A stretch of DNA of 61,637 nucleotides, filler included. It is 7 parts of 7 records of this genome, joined end to end, with 100 filler letters (N's around TTAATTAATTAA, not from the genome) between each part and the next. Parts side by side here need not be neighbours in the genome. Positions count along the whole stretch, not along the records: positions 5,740 to 28,558 come from SRR31156797_15519; positions 28,659 to 35,689 come from SRR31156797_15520; 5 more parts are not named here. One strand, 5' to 3'. Below, piece after piece: positions 19,104 to 29,779 of the stretch. The notes under the pieces were generated by a model, which was given only the letters and a program-made list of their open reading frames with translations, was not told the origin of the DNA and did not search any database. Within the stretch, counting starts at the first letter, position 1, and every line of letters starts with the position of its first letter. The position numbers and the translations under genes were made by a program.

Positions 19104-19991
19104 TCAATACTTTCTGCTTCGCATGTGGTTAAAACTCTCAATGACCACCAGGAGAAGCCCGAACCATACCAGTGAAAAGGTAATCAGCCTTCCCGGGGGG
19201 AAAGCTTCCTCATAGATCCAGTAGCCCAGTATCCCCATTAGGGTGGGAGCCAGGTACTGCATCATGCCCACGATGGAATAGTTGAGCTTTTTGGTGGCGC
19301 TGATGAACCAGATGAGGGGCAGGGTGGTGACGAGTCCCGCCGAAATCAATAAACAGGTGGTTAAGGAGCCATGGCTCAAGAAAGCAAGGGTTCCTTGCCG
19401 TTTCAGGAAGAGGAGGTAGCCGGCGGCAAGTGGGAGGAGCAGGAGCGTTTCGATGAGCAACCCTTCACTGCCGCCGATATTGGCCTTTTTCCGGATCAAA
19501 CCGTAAATCCCGAATGTGCCGGCCATAATCATGGCCAGTGTGGGAAACTGCCCGAACCTGAAAATTTCCTGGGTCACACCGATGGTCGCCAGCAATACGG
19601 CAACCATTTGAATCCTGGATAGCTTTTCCTTAAGGATAATGGCTGCCAGCGCCACATTGACCAAGGGGTTTATGAAATACCCGAGACTGGCTTCAAGGAC
19701 TTTCCCATTGGAAACGGCATATATGTAAGTCAGCCAGTTGATGGAGAGCAGGGTGGCGCCGATGCCCAATGTCCATCCGTGCCGTTTGAGTTGAATGACG
19801 GCGCCGCTGAAAAACTTTCGATTGATGACCAGCAGCAGCCCCGCCAGGATGAATGTGGACCAGATGATACGGTGGGATACAATCTCAAGGGGAGAAACCG
19901 CCGACATGGCTTTGAAATAAAAGGGGGTCAACCCCCAGAAAACAAAGGCGGATGCCGCCAGCAAAAGACCTGCTTTTTGATCTCCATCCAT
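19104..19991 (-). CDS. rarD: EamA-family transporter RarD
   Basis: EIVSHRIIWS, EASLGYFINPL, QYLAPT. Confidence 0.92.
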   Translation of the reverse strand: MDGDQKAGLLLAASAFVFWGLTPFYFKAMSAVSPLEIVSHRIIWSTFILAGLLLVINRKFFSGAVIQLKRHGWTLGIGATLLSINWLTYIYAVSNGKVLEASLGYFINPLVNVALAAIILKEKLSRIQMVAVLLATIGVTQEIFRFGQFPTLAMIMAGTFGIYGLIRKKANIGGSEGLLIETLLLLPLAAGYLLFLKRQGTLAFLSHGSLTTCLLISAGLVTTLPLIWFISATKKLNYSIVGMMQYLAPTLMGILGYWIYEEAFPPGRLITFSLVWFGLLLVVIESFNHMRSRKY

Positions 19992-20040
19992 CTATTGCGC
20001 ATATTCCATTATTTTCTCCATTGCTTCAGGTTGCGAAACC

Positions 20041-20853
20041 CTATGAATTGTGTTGGTAAAGGTGTATGTCCTGCTGGGGATAAGGGATGCCGATGCCTTC
20101 GGCGTCAAACCGTTTTTTGACGGCCTCGGTGGTGTCCCAGAAAAATCCCCAGTAATCACCCGATTTGGTCCAGACCCGTACCGTGAAATTCACGGTGCTG
20201 TCGGCCAGTTCGCTTACGGCCACCACCGGCGCCTGATCTTTCAGCACCCGCTCATCCCCGTTTATGATGTCTAAAATGACCGATCTTGCCTTATCGATAT
20301 CGTCTTCATAACCGATGCCGAATGTCATGTCGACACGGCGGGTTCCCTTGGTTGAATAATTGACGATTTTATCTCCGAAGATCTTGGCGTTGGGAACAAT
20401 AACGGTCTTGTTGTCCGCGGTTTTGAGCTGGGTGGTGAAAATCTGGATTTCTTCCACCGTGCCCGATGTCCCCCCCCCTTCGATAAAATCCCCCACCTTG
20501 AAAGGGCGGAAAATGATCATCATGACCCCTGCGGCGAAATTGGAGAGTGAGCCCCGGAGCGCCAGACCGATGGCCAAACTGGCGGCGCCCAGGATGGCGA
20601 TGAGGGATGTGGTTTGAATCCCCAGTTTGGAGAGGGCTGCGATGATCACGAAAGCCAGCATGGCCACATAAGAGAGATTGCAGATAAAGGAAATGAGGGT
20701 TTTATCTACCTTGCCGCGCGTCATCATGCGGCGAAGCAGGTTTCGAAGGCCCTTGGCGACCCAGCGGCCGACGATGAATATGGCCGCGGCCGCAATGATG
20801 CGGATTCCGTAAATGGCGAGAATCTCTTTAACCTGAGTTAAAATATCTTCCAT
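20041..20853 (-). CDS. mscS: Small-conductance mechanosensitive channel
   Basis: LAIGLAL.GSLSNFAAG, RPFKVGD, IVPN, IPYPQ. Confidence 0.93.
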   Translation of the reverse strand: MEDILTQVKEILAIYGIRIIAAAAIFIVGRWVAKGLRNLLRRMMTRGKVDKTLISFICNLSYVAMLAFVIIAALSKLGIQTTSLIAILGAASLAIGLALRGSLSNFAAGVMMIIFRPFKVGDFIEGGGTSGTVEEIQIFTTQLKTADNKTVIVPNAKIFGDKIVNYSTKGTRRVDMTFGIGYEDDIDKARSVILDIINGDERVLKDQAPVVAVSELADSTVNFTVRVWTKSGDYWGFFWDTTEAVKKRFDAEGIGIPYPQQDIHLYQHNS

Positions 20854-20988
20854 TTTCCCTCCCCTTATTCATGCTTCTGAAGCCTAAAATTTGAGTATAA
20901 CATATACGAAATCGTCAAAAAAATCGCATGAAAAATATGCAATTTTGAAACTCCGGCGAAAAATGTTATGGGTGATGCCTCCAAAAAC

Positions 20989-23900
20989 CTATTCATAGGT
21001 CAGGTTTTTGCGGATATTCAGTTTTCGGATCTTGGCGTAGAGGGTGGTGGGTTTGAGATTCAGCAATTCGGCCGCGCCCCCTTTTCCGCTGACGCGCCAT
21101 CGGCAGCGGCCCAGGGCTTCCAGGATATGATCCCGCTCCATCTCTTTGAAAGATCGGAAATTTCCCGCATGGGTTTCCCCGCCGCCATTTGCCCTTAACT
21201 CCGGAACCTTGAGGAATTCCCCATCGGACAATATGGCGGCCCGCTCCACGATATGTTTCAGTTCCCGAACATTCCCCGGCCATGAATAGGTTTTGAGGCG
21301 GGCCAAATCGCTCTTGGAGACTCCCTTGATCGATTTTCCCAGCCGGGTATTATTCAGTTTTAGGAAATGGGTCGCCAGGATGGGGATATCTTCCATCCGC
21401 TTTCGAAGGGGCGGCACATGAATGGGAAATACCGCCAATCGGTAGAAAAGATCCGCCCGGAATTCCCCTTTTTTCACAAGGGACGACAGATCCTGGTTTG
21501 TGGCGGCAATGAGCCTGAAATCCGAACGGATGGTTCGGTCTCCACCCACCCGCTCAAATTCTTTTTCCTGCAGTGCCCTTAAAATTCGTGTTTGAATATC
21601 CGGCGACAGCGTGTCCACATCATCCAGGAATAGGGTTCCGTGATCCGCCAATTCAAAACGTCCGCTACGTTTCCTGAGAGCCCCCGTAAAAGCGCCTTTC
21701 TCGTGTCCGAAAAGTTCACTGGCAATGACGCCCTTCTCCAGGGAAGAGGTATTGACCGGGATGAACGGCCCCCCGTTTCGCCGGCTGAGTCGATGGATTG
21801 CCCGTGCAACCAGTTCCTTTCCAACACCTGTTTCTCCGGTGACCAGAACAGTGGCGTCCGTGGGGCTCACCCGGTCGATCTGCTCCAGAATCCGACCGAT
21901 CAATTGCGAGTTTCCCAGGATTTGCCGATGGTGTGGGAAAGATTCCATCTCCATTCGATAAAACTGCGTTTCGTCTTCCAGTCGATTCTTGAGGCGCGCG
22001 ATCTCCTCGTAAGCGTGTGCATTGTCCAGGGCGATGGCCAGCTGGTTGTTGATCACGCGGAGCAGGGAAAGGCTTCTTTTCGGGGGGGAGAGTCCCACCA
22101 AGGCGTTATCCAGGTAGATGACCCCAAGAAGTCGGTCCTGCAGAATGATGGGGCTGCACAGTGCCCACCCTTCATCCGGTTGGAACATTTCTCCGGTGGT
22201 TCTGTTTCCGCCTTCAAGAATCATTTCGGTTTTTTCCTGCGCCACATGACGGATCATTCCGCGAGCGGATTTAAAACCGTTTGAGTTGAAGATGGCGCGG
22301 TCCAGATTCCGGCTGGCTGCAAGTTCGAAATCATCTTCGGCATCAACCAGAAAGAAGCCGCCCCTTCCCGCCAGGGTGAGTCTCATGAGCAGATTGATGA
22401 TGCGTTCCAGCAACCGTTTGCGGTCTCGAACCGTGCCGATCACATTGCTCACCTCCACCAGTGTGTTGATGGGAACGTCTTCTTCCGTGTCATCCAGGTA
22501 GGGACGAAGTTCGTTGGGGAAAAGGCTTTCATTGACCCCCGAAAGCACCTCCCAGGCTTTCCCCAAGAGTTCCCTGGCCGGTTTGTCCTTGCCCCATTCC
22601 AGGTGTTGCCGGGCCAGGAGTATCTGTGTCCTGGCCAGTTCGATGCGGGCGCCGGCGCGGGTCAGCAGTTCCCTGCTCCGTTCCAGGTGCCATAAAACCT
22701 CCTCGCGATTACCTCCCTTTGTTGCGAGCCGCTGTGCCTGATAGCGAAGACCGACCCCCTGCATATAAACATCAGGCCAGTTGCAAATGCGCTTGATCTC
22801 CGAATCATAATTCATTTCCGGATGGGTCATGCCGGCACGTTCCAAGGCATCCATGTATTCAAAATTCCACGGACCCCGATGGTGGTGCCAACCGAATTCC
22901 GTGGCTTTTTTATGGGCCTTTTTCTGGTACAGAAAACATCCCTTCAGGTCTCCCCGGGCATAAAGAATATAGGCTTTTGAAGCATACCCCGCCCAGAGGT
23001 TGTAGTTGCCCAGGTCGGTTTCCGGATGGGAAAAAATTTCGTTTAAATGCTTTTCCGCCTCATGGATGCGGCGGGCTTCAAGGTACGTCAGTACGCTCAT
23101 GAGATCTGCGTAAACCCGTATCCGGGTCAATTTGAGCCGGGTGGCCCGGTTCCGTACGGCCTCAAGGAGCCCGATCCCCCGGGCCGTTTGCCCGCAGATG
23201 CCGTAACACCACCCCAGGGTGGCGCAGGCTCGCAGGGTTGCCTGGTCCGAAGGCAACTCTTCCAGATCTCCGATGGTTTGCTCGTATCGCGAGACCGCAT
23301 CCTTCACCAACCCCTGCCAAAATAGAAAATCCGAGGTGAAAAAAGCCGCTTGTTTTCGCAGATCATCCCGCCTGAGTTGCTTCGCCAGACGCCATGCCTC
23401 TTCGTAAAGGCGGCCGGCATGGGCATAATCCCCCTCGATCTTGACCACCTGGGCCAGTCGCAAATCCACCTGGCAGAGGCGTTCCTCATCATTTGGCGCC
23501 ATGCAGAAGGTCCGGGCCCGATTCAGGATTTCTCTTTGCTGATCCAGCGGTTTTTGATGCCCGCATGAAGCGATGAGTCCCAGGACGGCATCGATGTAAA
23601 GGGTTTGCTCATTTTCCGACTTGGATGGGGATTGCAGCACGTCCAGGATCAGCTGGAAGTAAATGGCCGCAGCCTCCAGGGCTTCGGTTTTCAGGCAATG
23701 GCGGGCCGCCTGCAGAAAATCGTTCAGTCTGTGGGGCAAGAGACCCGTTAACTGGTGGACGTGGGTAATCACCAGACTTTTTTCGTATTGACCTTCAAGG
23801 GTTTTATCAATATGGGCAACAAGGCTTGTGGTCAGAGAGGCTACGATTTTTTTAGAAAATTCGTGAAGTATCCTTTTCGGCGCACCATTATCCCCAAAAA

Positions 23901-24108
23901 AATAAAGGCCCGGCCCTTCCATTTCATAAGCCTTAAGGATGCCTTTTTGGGTGGAGCGTTCCAGAAACCGCAGTACCGTGACCGGTGAAAGTCCTGATAC
24001 GGAGGTCAGGGTATCCAGAGAAACGGGCGGCGGCATAAGAGCCGTCAGGATGAGTAGTTCCCGTTCCGGGGTTGAGGCGCGAAAAGAAACGTCCAAATGG
24101 TTTGCCAT
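20989..24108 (-). CDS. Large sigma-54-dependent activator (helical/TPR-like N-terminus, GAF, AAA+, Fis-type HTH)
   Basis: GETGVGKE, ELFGHEKGAFTGA, WPGNVREL, C-terminal HTH; GAF segment LGVIYLDN. Confidence 0.92.
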   Translation of the reverse strand: MANHLDVSFRASTPERELLILTALMPPPVSLDTLTSVSGLSPVTVLRFLERSTQKGILKAYEMEGPGLYFFGDNGAPKRILHEFSKKIVASLTTSLVAHIDKTLEGQYEKSLVITHVHQLTGLLPHRLNDFLQAARHCLKTEALEAAAIYFQLILDVLQSPSKSENEQTLYIDAVLGLIASCGHQKPLDQQREILNRARTFCMAPNDEERLCQVDLRLAQVVKIEGDYAHAGRLYEEAWRLAKQLRRDDLRKQAAFFTSDFLFWQGLVKDAVSRYEQTIGDLEELPSDQATLRACATLGWCYGICGQTARGIGLLEAVRNRATRLKLTRIRVYADLMSVLTYLEARRIHEAEKHLNEIFSHPETDLGNYNLWAGYASKAYILYARGDLKGCFLYQKKAHKKATEFGWHHHRGPWNFEYMDALERAGMTHPEMNYDSEIKRICNWPDVYMQGVGLRYQAQRLATKGGNREEVLWHLERSRELLTRAGARIELARTQILLARQHLEWGKDKPARELLGKAWEVLSGVNESLFPNELRPYLDDTEEDVPINTLVEVSNVIGTVRDRKRLLERIINLLMRLTLAGRGGFFLVDAEDDFELAASRNLDRAIFNSNGFKSARGMIRHVAQEKTEMILEGGNRTTGEMFQPDEGWALCSPIILQDRLLGVIYLDNALVGLSPPKRSLSLLRVINNQLAIALDNAHAYEEIARLKNRLEDETQFYRMEMESFPHHRQILGNSQLIGRILEQIDRVSPTDATVLVTGETGVGKELVARAIHRLSRRNGGPFIPVNTSSLEKGVIASELFGHEKGAFTGALRKRSGRFELADHGTLFLDDVDTLSPDIQTRILRALQEKEFERVGGDRTIRSDFRLIAATNQDLSSLVKKGEFRADLFYRLAVFPIHVPPLRKRMEDIPILATHFLKLNNTRLGKSIKGVSKSDLARLKTYSWPGNVRELKHIVERAAILSDGEFLKVPELRANGGGETHAGNFRSFKEMERDHILEALGRCRWRVSGKGGAAELLNLKPTTLYAKIRKLNIRKNLTYE

Positions 24109-24235
24109 GGGTCACCCATATTTATACAATTGCCATATATTATAAAGTTACAAAATATTATAACAAAGTATCCCGGCATTTTGGAAGCAATCTTTTTTTT
24201 AGCATTGATTCCGGCATGTTGAATTTTACGGTGGT

Positions 24236-24251
24236 TGGCACTGAAATTGCT
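24236..24251 (+). promoter_or_regulatory. Sigma-54 (-24/-12) promoter of the Liv-type operon
   Basis: TGGCAC-TGAAA-TTGCT, divergent from a sigma-54 activator gene. Confidence 0.85.
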
Positions 24252-24318
24252 GATGAATACTTTCCTAAAATTTAGGTGATGTTCAATCCAACAACCCAAA
24301 TAAACAAGGAGGAACGCG

Positions 24319-25473
24319 ATGCGACGGATAGGCTTTGTTCTGGCAATGGTGGGGGTTTGCGCCATAACCCTGTTGGGCCCGGCTTGGGCCGCGGATAAGG
24401 AACCTTATCGGATCGGGGCGCTTTTTGCGGTCACGGGGCCCGCGTCTTTTCTGGGGGAACCGGAACGCAACACGGCGGGAATGGTAACGGATATGATCAA
24501 CGCCTCGGGCGGCATCAACGGCCATCCCATTGAACTGATTGTGTATGATACGGAGGCCAATGAAACCAAAACGGTGGTGGCGGCCAAGAAGCTCATCAAC
24601 AGGGACCGCGTCCTGGCCATCATCGGACCTTCCACCAGCGGTACATCCCTGGCGGTGGTGCCCATCGTCAACAAGGCCCAGGTGCCCATGATTTCGTGCG
24701 CCGCAAGTCTTAAAATTGCATCGCCTGTGGAAAAACGAAAATGGGTCTTCAAGGTGGTTCCCGGTGACGACCTGGCCGTGGCGCTCATGTACGGCTACAT
24801 GAAAAAGCAGGGGATCAAGAAGATCGCCCTCATGAGCGTCTCCACCGGTTACGGGATCAGCGGTCGGAATCAGCTCAAAAAGCTGGCGCCGGAATACGGC
24901 ATGGAGATTGTGGCGGATGAGACCTACGGACCCAAGGAGTCGGACTTGACGGCCCAGCTCACCAAGGTTCGGGGAACCGGGGCCGACGCCATCATCAACT
25001 GGTCCATCGGCCCTCCGCAGATTGTGGTCACCCGAAACTGGAAACAGCTGGGTATCCCCATACCCCTCTATCAGAGTTACGGGTTCGGCAGCAAACGCAA
25101 CATAAAACTGTCCGGCGGTGCCGCCGAAGGGGTCATCTGCCCGGTATCCCGCATCGTCATCGCCGAAAGTCTGGCCCACAAGGATCCCCACAGCCCGGTG
25201 GTCAAAAAATACAAATCCCTCTATGAAAAACAATTCAAGAAAGAGGTGAGCGTATTCGGGGGGCACGCCTGGGATGCCATGTTTCAACTGGCCGGCGCCC
25301 TCAAGGCCGTTGGTCCCGATCGGGCAAAAATCCGGGACTACCTGGAAACCCTTCAGGGTTTTGTGGGCAACAACAGCATCTTCAACCGTTCCCCGAAGGA
25401 TCATGTGGGCCTTGGGAAAGACGCCTACGTGATGGTGGTGGTCAAGGACGGCGACTGGGCCATCCTGGAGTAA
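24319..25473 (+). CDS. Liv/HAAT-type ABC substrate-binding protein
   Basis: Signal peptide; IGALFAVTGPASFLG, INASGGINGHPIEL. Confidence 0.92.
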   Translation: MRRIGFVLAMVGVCAITLLGPAWAADKEPYRIGALFAVTGPASFLGEPERNTAGMVTDMINASGGINGHPIELIVYDTEANETKTVVAAKKLINRDRVLAIIGPSTSGTSLAVVPIVNKAQVPMISCAASLKIASPVEKRKWVFKVVPGDDLAVALMYGYMKKQGIKKIALMSVSTGYGISGRNQLKKLAPEYGMEIVADETYGPKESDLTAQLTKVRGTGADAIINWSIGPPQIVVTRNWKQLGIPIPLYQSYGFGSKRNIKLSGGAAEGVICPVSRIVIAESLAHKDPHSPVVKKYKSLYEKQFKKEVSVFGGHAWDAMFQLAGALKAVGPDRAKIRDYLETLQGFVGNNSIFNRSPKDHVGLGKDAYVMVVVKDGDWAILE

Positions 25474-25482
25474 AAGCTTTAA

Positions 25483-26376
25483 ATGGATTCCATCAGTCTC
25501 GGCAGTCAGTCGGTTCAGTACGTTTTTGCGGGTCTCACCGTGGGCGCCATCTATGCACTGGTGGCGCTGGGATTCAACATTATCTACAACGTGACCGAAG
25601 TGATCAATTTTGCCCAGGGAGAGTTCGGGGTCTGGGGCGGATTGATCCTGGCCGTGCTGGCGGAATCATTGGGGATACCGCTCTTTTTCAGTTTTTTCAT
25701 ATGCGTTGGGCTGGTGGCCCTGGTGGGGACCGGCATTTACTGGGCCGGCATCCGCCCCCTGCGGCAACCCACGGTCCTGACCATGATCATGGCCACCATT
25801 GCCATCTCCATCATACTGAAAGGGCTTGCCATGTTCATATGGGGGAAGGACCCTTATGCCATCCGGCCTTTTGTGGATGCGCCGCCCATCACCATTTGGG
25901 GGGCCTACATCCAGGCCCAGACCTTCTGGGTTTTGGGTATATCCGTTGCCCTGGTGGTGGCCCTGACCCTCTTTTTTCAGCACACCCTCACGGGAAAAGC
26001 CATGCGCGCCTGCGCGGACAACCCCGGCGCCGCAAGCCTGGTGGGGATCAGCCCCGGCAGAATGATCCTTTTTTCATTTGCGCTGAGCGCGGCCCTGGGA
26101 GCGGTGGGCGGGGCCATTATCACGCCCATCACCCTCATGGAGTATGACCGGGGGGCCCTGCTGGCGTTAAAAGGCTTCGGGGCGGCAATTCTGGGGGGAT
26201 TGGGAAATTTTTACGGGGCTGTTGCGGCAGGATTCCTGCTGGGATTGCTGGAATCCTTTGCAACCGGTTTTATTTCATCCTCTTACAAGGATGCCATTGC
26301 CTTGCTTGTGCTCCTTACCGTCCTCTTCGCCAGGCCCCAAGGCCTGATGGGGTCCTCTTTACAGGACGATGAATGA
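25483..26376 (+). CDS. livH: Liv-type ABC permease (LivH-like)
   Basis: GAIYALVALGF..IY....VINFAQG, GKAMRACADN. Confidence 0.9.
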   Translation: MDSISLGSQSVQYVFAGLTVGAIYALVALGFNIIYNVTEVINFAQGEFGVWGGLILAVLAESLGIPLFFSFFICVGLVALVGTGIYWAGIRPLRQPTVLTMIMATIAISIILKGLAMFIWGKDPYAIRPFVDAPPITIWGAYIQAQTFWVLGISVALVVALTLFFQHTLTGKAMRACADNPGAASLVGISPGRMILFSFALSAALGAVGGAIITPITLMEYDRGALLALKGFGAAILGGLGNFYGAVAAGFLLGLLESFATGFISSSYKDAIALLVLLTVLFARPQGLMGSSLQDDE

Positions 26377-27359
26377 TAATGCCAATTTCTGAAAAAAGAC
26401 AAACCGTTACCCATATTTTCCTGTTTGCCCTGGTGGTGGCGGCGCTGCCCTGGTTGTTCAATCTTTCAAGGGCCACCAGCTATTACACGGACGTCATGGT
26501 ATTTGTGGCCATCCACAGCATTATCGCCGCCGGGCTCTCCCTGCTCCTGGGGTATGCCGGCCAGATTTCCCTGGGCCAGGCGGCCTTCTACGGCCTGGGC
26601 GCCTATGCATCGGGGATTTTGACCACGCGACTGGGCCTCTCCCCGTGGCTGGGGATCATGGCGGGGATGGGTTTGGCGGCGGGAATGGCCTATGGGGTGG
26701 GCCTGCCCGCACTCAGGCTCAAGGGGCATTACCTGGCCATGGCAACTTTAGGTTTCGGCATGATCATCTACATTGTTTTTAACGAATTCATAGGGCTCAC
26801 CGGCGGCCCCTCCGGCTTTGGCGAAATCCCGCCCATCCCTCTTCCGGGAATGGAAATTTCATCCACGCTCGGTTTTTATTACCTCTCCTGGACCTTTGCC
26901 CTCGCGGTCCTCTGGATCTCCCTGAACATGGTCGATTCAAGACCGGGCCGCGCCCTTCGGGCCATTCACGACAGCGAAAAAGCGGCCGCCAGCGTGGGGG
27001 TCGACATCACCCGGGCCAAGGTGCGCATATTTGTGGTCAGCGGCGTTTACGGCGCCCTGGCCGGCAGCCTTTACGCCCATTTCGTCACATTCGTCAACCC
27101 GCCCCCCTTCAATATCTTCTTTTCCATCAAGGTCTTGATGATGGTGGTGATCGGCGGCTCAGGCAGCATCTGGGGCGCCTATTTGGGGGCAGCCCTGCTG
27201 ACCTTTCTCCCGGAATGGCTGGCGTTTATGGAAGACTTTGATGTGCTGGCGTACGGCATCATCCTGCTTTTCATCGTCATGTTTTCCCCGGATGGTCTGG
27301 TGGGTCTCGCATCCCGGGTGATGGAGCGGATTCGAAACATGAAACACCGGAGGCGTTAA
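26373..27359 (+). CDS. livM: Liv-type ABC permease (LivM-like)
   Basis: GYAGQISLGQAAFYGLGAY, LRLKGHYLAMATL. Confidence 0.9.
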   Translation: MIMPISEKRQTVTHIFLFALVVAALPWLFNLSRATSYYTDVMVFVAIHSIIAAGLSLLLGYAGQISLGQAAFYGLGAYASGILTTRLGLSPWLGIMAGMGLAAGMAYGVGLPALRLKGHYLAMATLGFGMIIYIVFNEFIGLTGGPSGFGEIPPIPLPGMEISSTLGFYYLSWTFALAVLWISLNMVDSRPGRALRAIHDSEKAAASVGVDITRAKVRIFVVSGVYGALAGSLYAHFVTFVNPPPFNIFFSIKVLMMVVIGGSGSIWGAYLGAALLTFLPEWLAFMEDFDVLAYGIILLFIVMFSPDGLVGLASRVMERIRNMKHRRR

Positions 27360-28133
27360 ATGGCGCCCCTGCTCCAAATCAGAAATCTCAACAAGCGGTT
27401 TGCAGGCGTTCAAGCCATCTTCGACCTCTCCTTTGAGGTAACCCGAGGGAGTGTTACTTCCATTATCGGCCCCAACGGCGCCGGGAAAACGACCCTCATC
27501 AACATGATTTCAGGTTTTTTCAGCCCGTCCGACGGCGACATCCTTTTTAACGGAAAATCGTTAAAGGGACTGAAGCCCCACCAGGTGGCGGCCAGGGGCA
27601 TTGCCAGGACATTCCAGACGGTGGAACTGTTCGGGAAAATGACAGTCCTTGAAAACGTCATGCTGGGACGTCACCTGAAAAGCCGCAAAGGGTTGTTGAG
27701 CGCCGCCTTCAGGCTGCCCGGGGTCTTCCGGGAAGAGGCGGACATCAGGGCACGGTCCCTGTCCGTGCTTGAGACGGTGGGCATTGCCGGGCATGCCCAT
27801 ATGAAAGCGGGCAATCTGCCCCTGGGGGAGCAGAAACTGCTGGAGGTGGCCCGGGCCCTGGCCTCTGAACCGAAGCTCCTGCTCCTGGATGAACCGGCCG
27901 CCGGTTTAAATGAGGTGGAAACCCGAAAAGCAGCGGAAATGATCATGGGCCTGGGCAAAAGGGGCGTTACCGTGATCCTGGTGGAACATGACATGAAGAT
28001 GGTCATGTCCATCTCGGATGAAATCCTGGTCCTCAATTACGGGGCTAAAATTGCCGAGGGGCCGCCGGCCTCCATCCGGACGGACCCCGGCGTGATCAAG
28101 GCGTATCTGGGCCATGACGACATCAGTTCTTGA
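27360..28133 (+). CDS. livG: Liv-type ABC ATP-binding protein
   Basis: GPNGAGKT, LLLDEPAAG, VEHDM, AYLG. Confidence 0.92.
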   Translation: MAPLLQIRNLNKRFAGVQAIFDLSFEVTRGSVTSIIGPNGAGKTTLINMISGFFSPSDGDILFNGKSLKGLKPHQVAARGIARTFQTVELFGKMTVLENVMLGRHLKSRKGLLSAAFRLPGVFREEADIRARSLSVLETVGIAGHAHMKAGNLPLGEQKLLEVARALASEPKLLLLDEPAAGLNEVETRKAAEMIMGLGKRGVTVILVEHDMKMVMSISDEILVLNYGAKIAEGPPASIRTDPGVIKAYLGHDDISS

Positions 28134-28558
28134 AGGGGAAAATATCCGGGTCTTTTACGGGGCCGTTTGCGCCTTGAAGCGCGTCTCTTTTAAGGTCTCG
28201 GAAGGGAGGATCACATCCGTCATCGGCGCCAACGGCGCCGGGAAATCGACCCTGCTCAAAGGCGTGGCGGGGGTTGTGCCGCCGACGGAGGGGCATATCC
28301 GATTTGAGGGGCAATCCATTAACGGGCTTTCCGCCGCCGCCATTGTCAAAAAGGGGATCTCCATGGTTCCCGAGGGTCGGCAGTTGTTTACCAGTCTCAG
28401 CGTCTTGGACAATCTGACCCTGGGGGCCTACCTTCACTACCGGCGGGAGGGACGTCTGAAAACCCAATCCCGTCTGGAGGCCGTATATACGCTTTTTCCA
28501 CGCTTAAAAGAACGTTCCGCCCAAATATCGGGAACCCTTTCAGGGGGCGAACAGCAGA
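28114..28558 (+). CDS. livF: Liv-type ABC ATP-binding protein, truncated by the contig end
   Basis: GANGAGKST, VPEGR, LSGGEQQ at the contig end. Confidence 0.9.
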
Positions 28559-28658
28559 NNNNNNNNNNNNNNNNNNNNNNNNNNNNNNNNNNNNNNNNNN
28601 NNTTAATTAATTAANNNNNNNNNNNNNNNNNNNNNNNNNNNNNNNNNNNNNNNNNNNN
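28559..28658. other. Artificial contig spacer
   Basis: N44-TTAATTAATTAA-N44. Confidence 0.98.
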
Positions 28659-28705
28659 AAAATTTAGTTTTTAGTGGATTGAGCTATAGATAAGTAGAAA
28701 AAGTT

Positions 28706-29779
28706 TTATTTTTCAAGATAAGTGATCAAACTTTTAAGATCAGGGATATAATAATCAGCATGAAGCATTTGAGCAGGTAGAATTAAGTTTTCAAAAGCAT
28801 TTCCTGCAACTCCTAGTTGAAACTTTTTATGACTTTTAAGCTCACTTTTGAGAATATCGTTAATAATAAAAGCAATATCTATCAAGCTTGTTTGAAGAGT
28901 TGCACTAAAAATAATATGATCAGGGGAGAAGTCAATGATCCCTTTTACAAGTTCATGACTTGGGATATTAGATGATAGATTAGTTACTTTGTATCCCAAT
29001 TTTACAAGTACTTTTGCTGCAATTTGAGTTCCCAATGAGTGGAGTTCCTCAGGAGCACAACTTAAAAAAATATGTTTATCGTTTTTGGGAAGTTCTGGAT
29101 AACTATCAAGAGTTTCAAATACTATTGTATTGAGCGTTTTGGTGGCAATATGTTCTTTTGCAACATTTATTGTTCCATCTTCCCATAAGTAGCCTATAAG
29201 TTTCATGGAACTATGAACTATATGGGAATAAAACTCTAAAAACTCTTCAAGGTTTGAGACTTTTGAGTTAAGAAACTCTTGTGCTTGGTGTGTATCTGCA
29301 GCTAGAAGATATCTTGTAAATGTTGATGTCTCATCATTCTCTGCGAGTAAAAATTTTTTTGTTTGTATATTTTTTAAAAATAGTGCATGATGATTGGAAA
29401 GTCCATCATAGAGTTTGCTTAGTTGAAGAGAAGCTTTTTTCTCTATATATCTTGAAGATACTTTTTTACAAAGCTCATTATAATAAAGAAAAAACTCCAT
29501 ATCAATATTTTTATGATGATATATCTTATAAACCCATTGTTGATAGTTGTTTGCAATATCAGGGTTTTTAAAATAAAGGCTATTTAAAACTATTTTATAA
29601 TGATATTTGATAAAGTAGTGAAGCTCTGTATGACCTAGTTGATTTGAAACCTCTTTTGTCAAGATAGAGTCCCCTTTTTCAAGGGAATCGGTTAGTTCAA
29701 AGATTATTTCGTGTTTATATCTTTGAAACTCTTCAAAAGCAGTATTAAAGTGTTCTATATTATTATTATTATTATTCAT
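28706..29779 (-). CDS. Cobalamin-binding protein (helical N-terminal domain + B12-binding_2 + B12-binding Rossmann domain)
   Basis: IGYLW-x9-EHIAT cap motif, EELHSLG (ExH), LSSNIP and FSAT; no DNA-binding domain apparent. Confidence 0.82.
   Translation of the reverse strand: MNNNNNNIEHFNTAFEEFQRYKHEIIFELTDSLEKGDSILTKEVSNQLGHTELHYFIKYHYKIVLNSLYFKNPDIANNYQQWVYKIYHHKNIDMEFFLYYNELCKKVSSRYIEKKASLQLSKLYDGLSNHHALFLKNIQTKKFLLAENDETSTFTRYLLAADTHQAQEFLNSKVSNLEEFLEFYSHIVHSSMKLIGYLWEDGTINVAKEHIATKTLNTIVFETLDSYPELPKNDKHIFLSCAPEELHSLGTQIAAKVLVKLGYKVTNLSSNIPSHELVKGIIDFSPDHIIFSATLQTSLIDIAFIINDILKSELKSHKKFQLGVAGNAFENLILPAQMLHADYYIPDLKSLITYLEK

Noticed and set aside
5740-28558. GC-rich block as a genomic island inside an AT-rich genome
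   Set aside because: Composition shifts coincide exactly with the spacers, so these are separate contigs
29757-29776. (AAT)n run at the start of the B12-binding gene as a phase-variation tract
   Set aside because: A short triplet repeat that cannot shift the frame, and expected in AT-rich DNA
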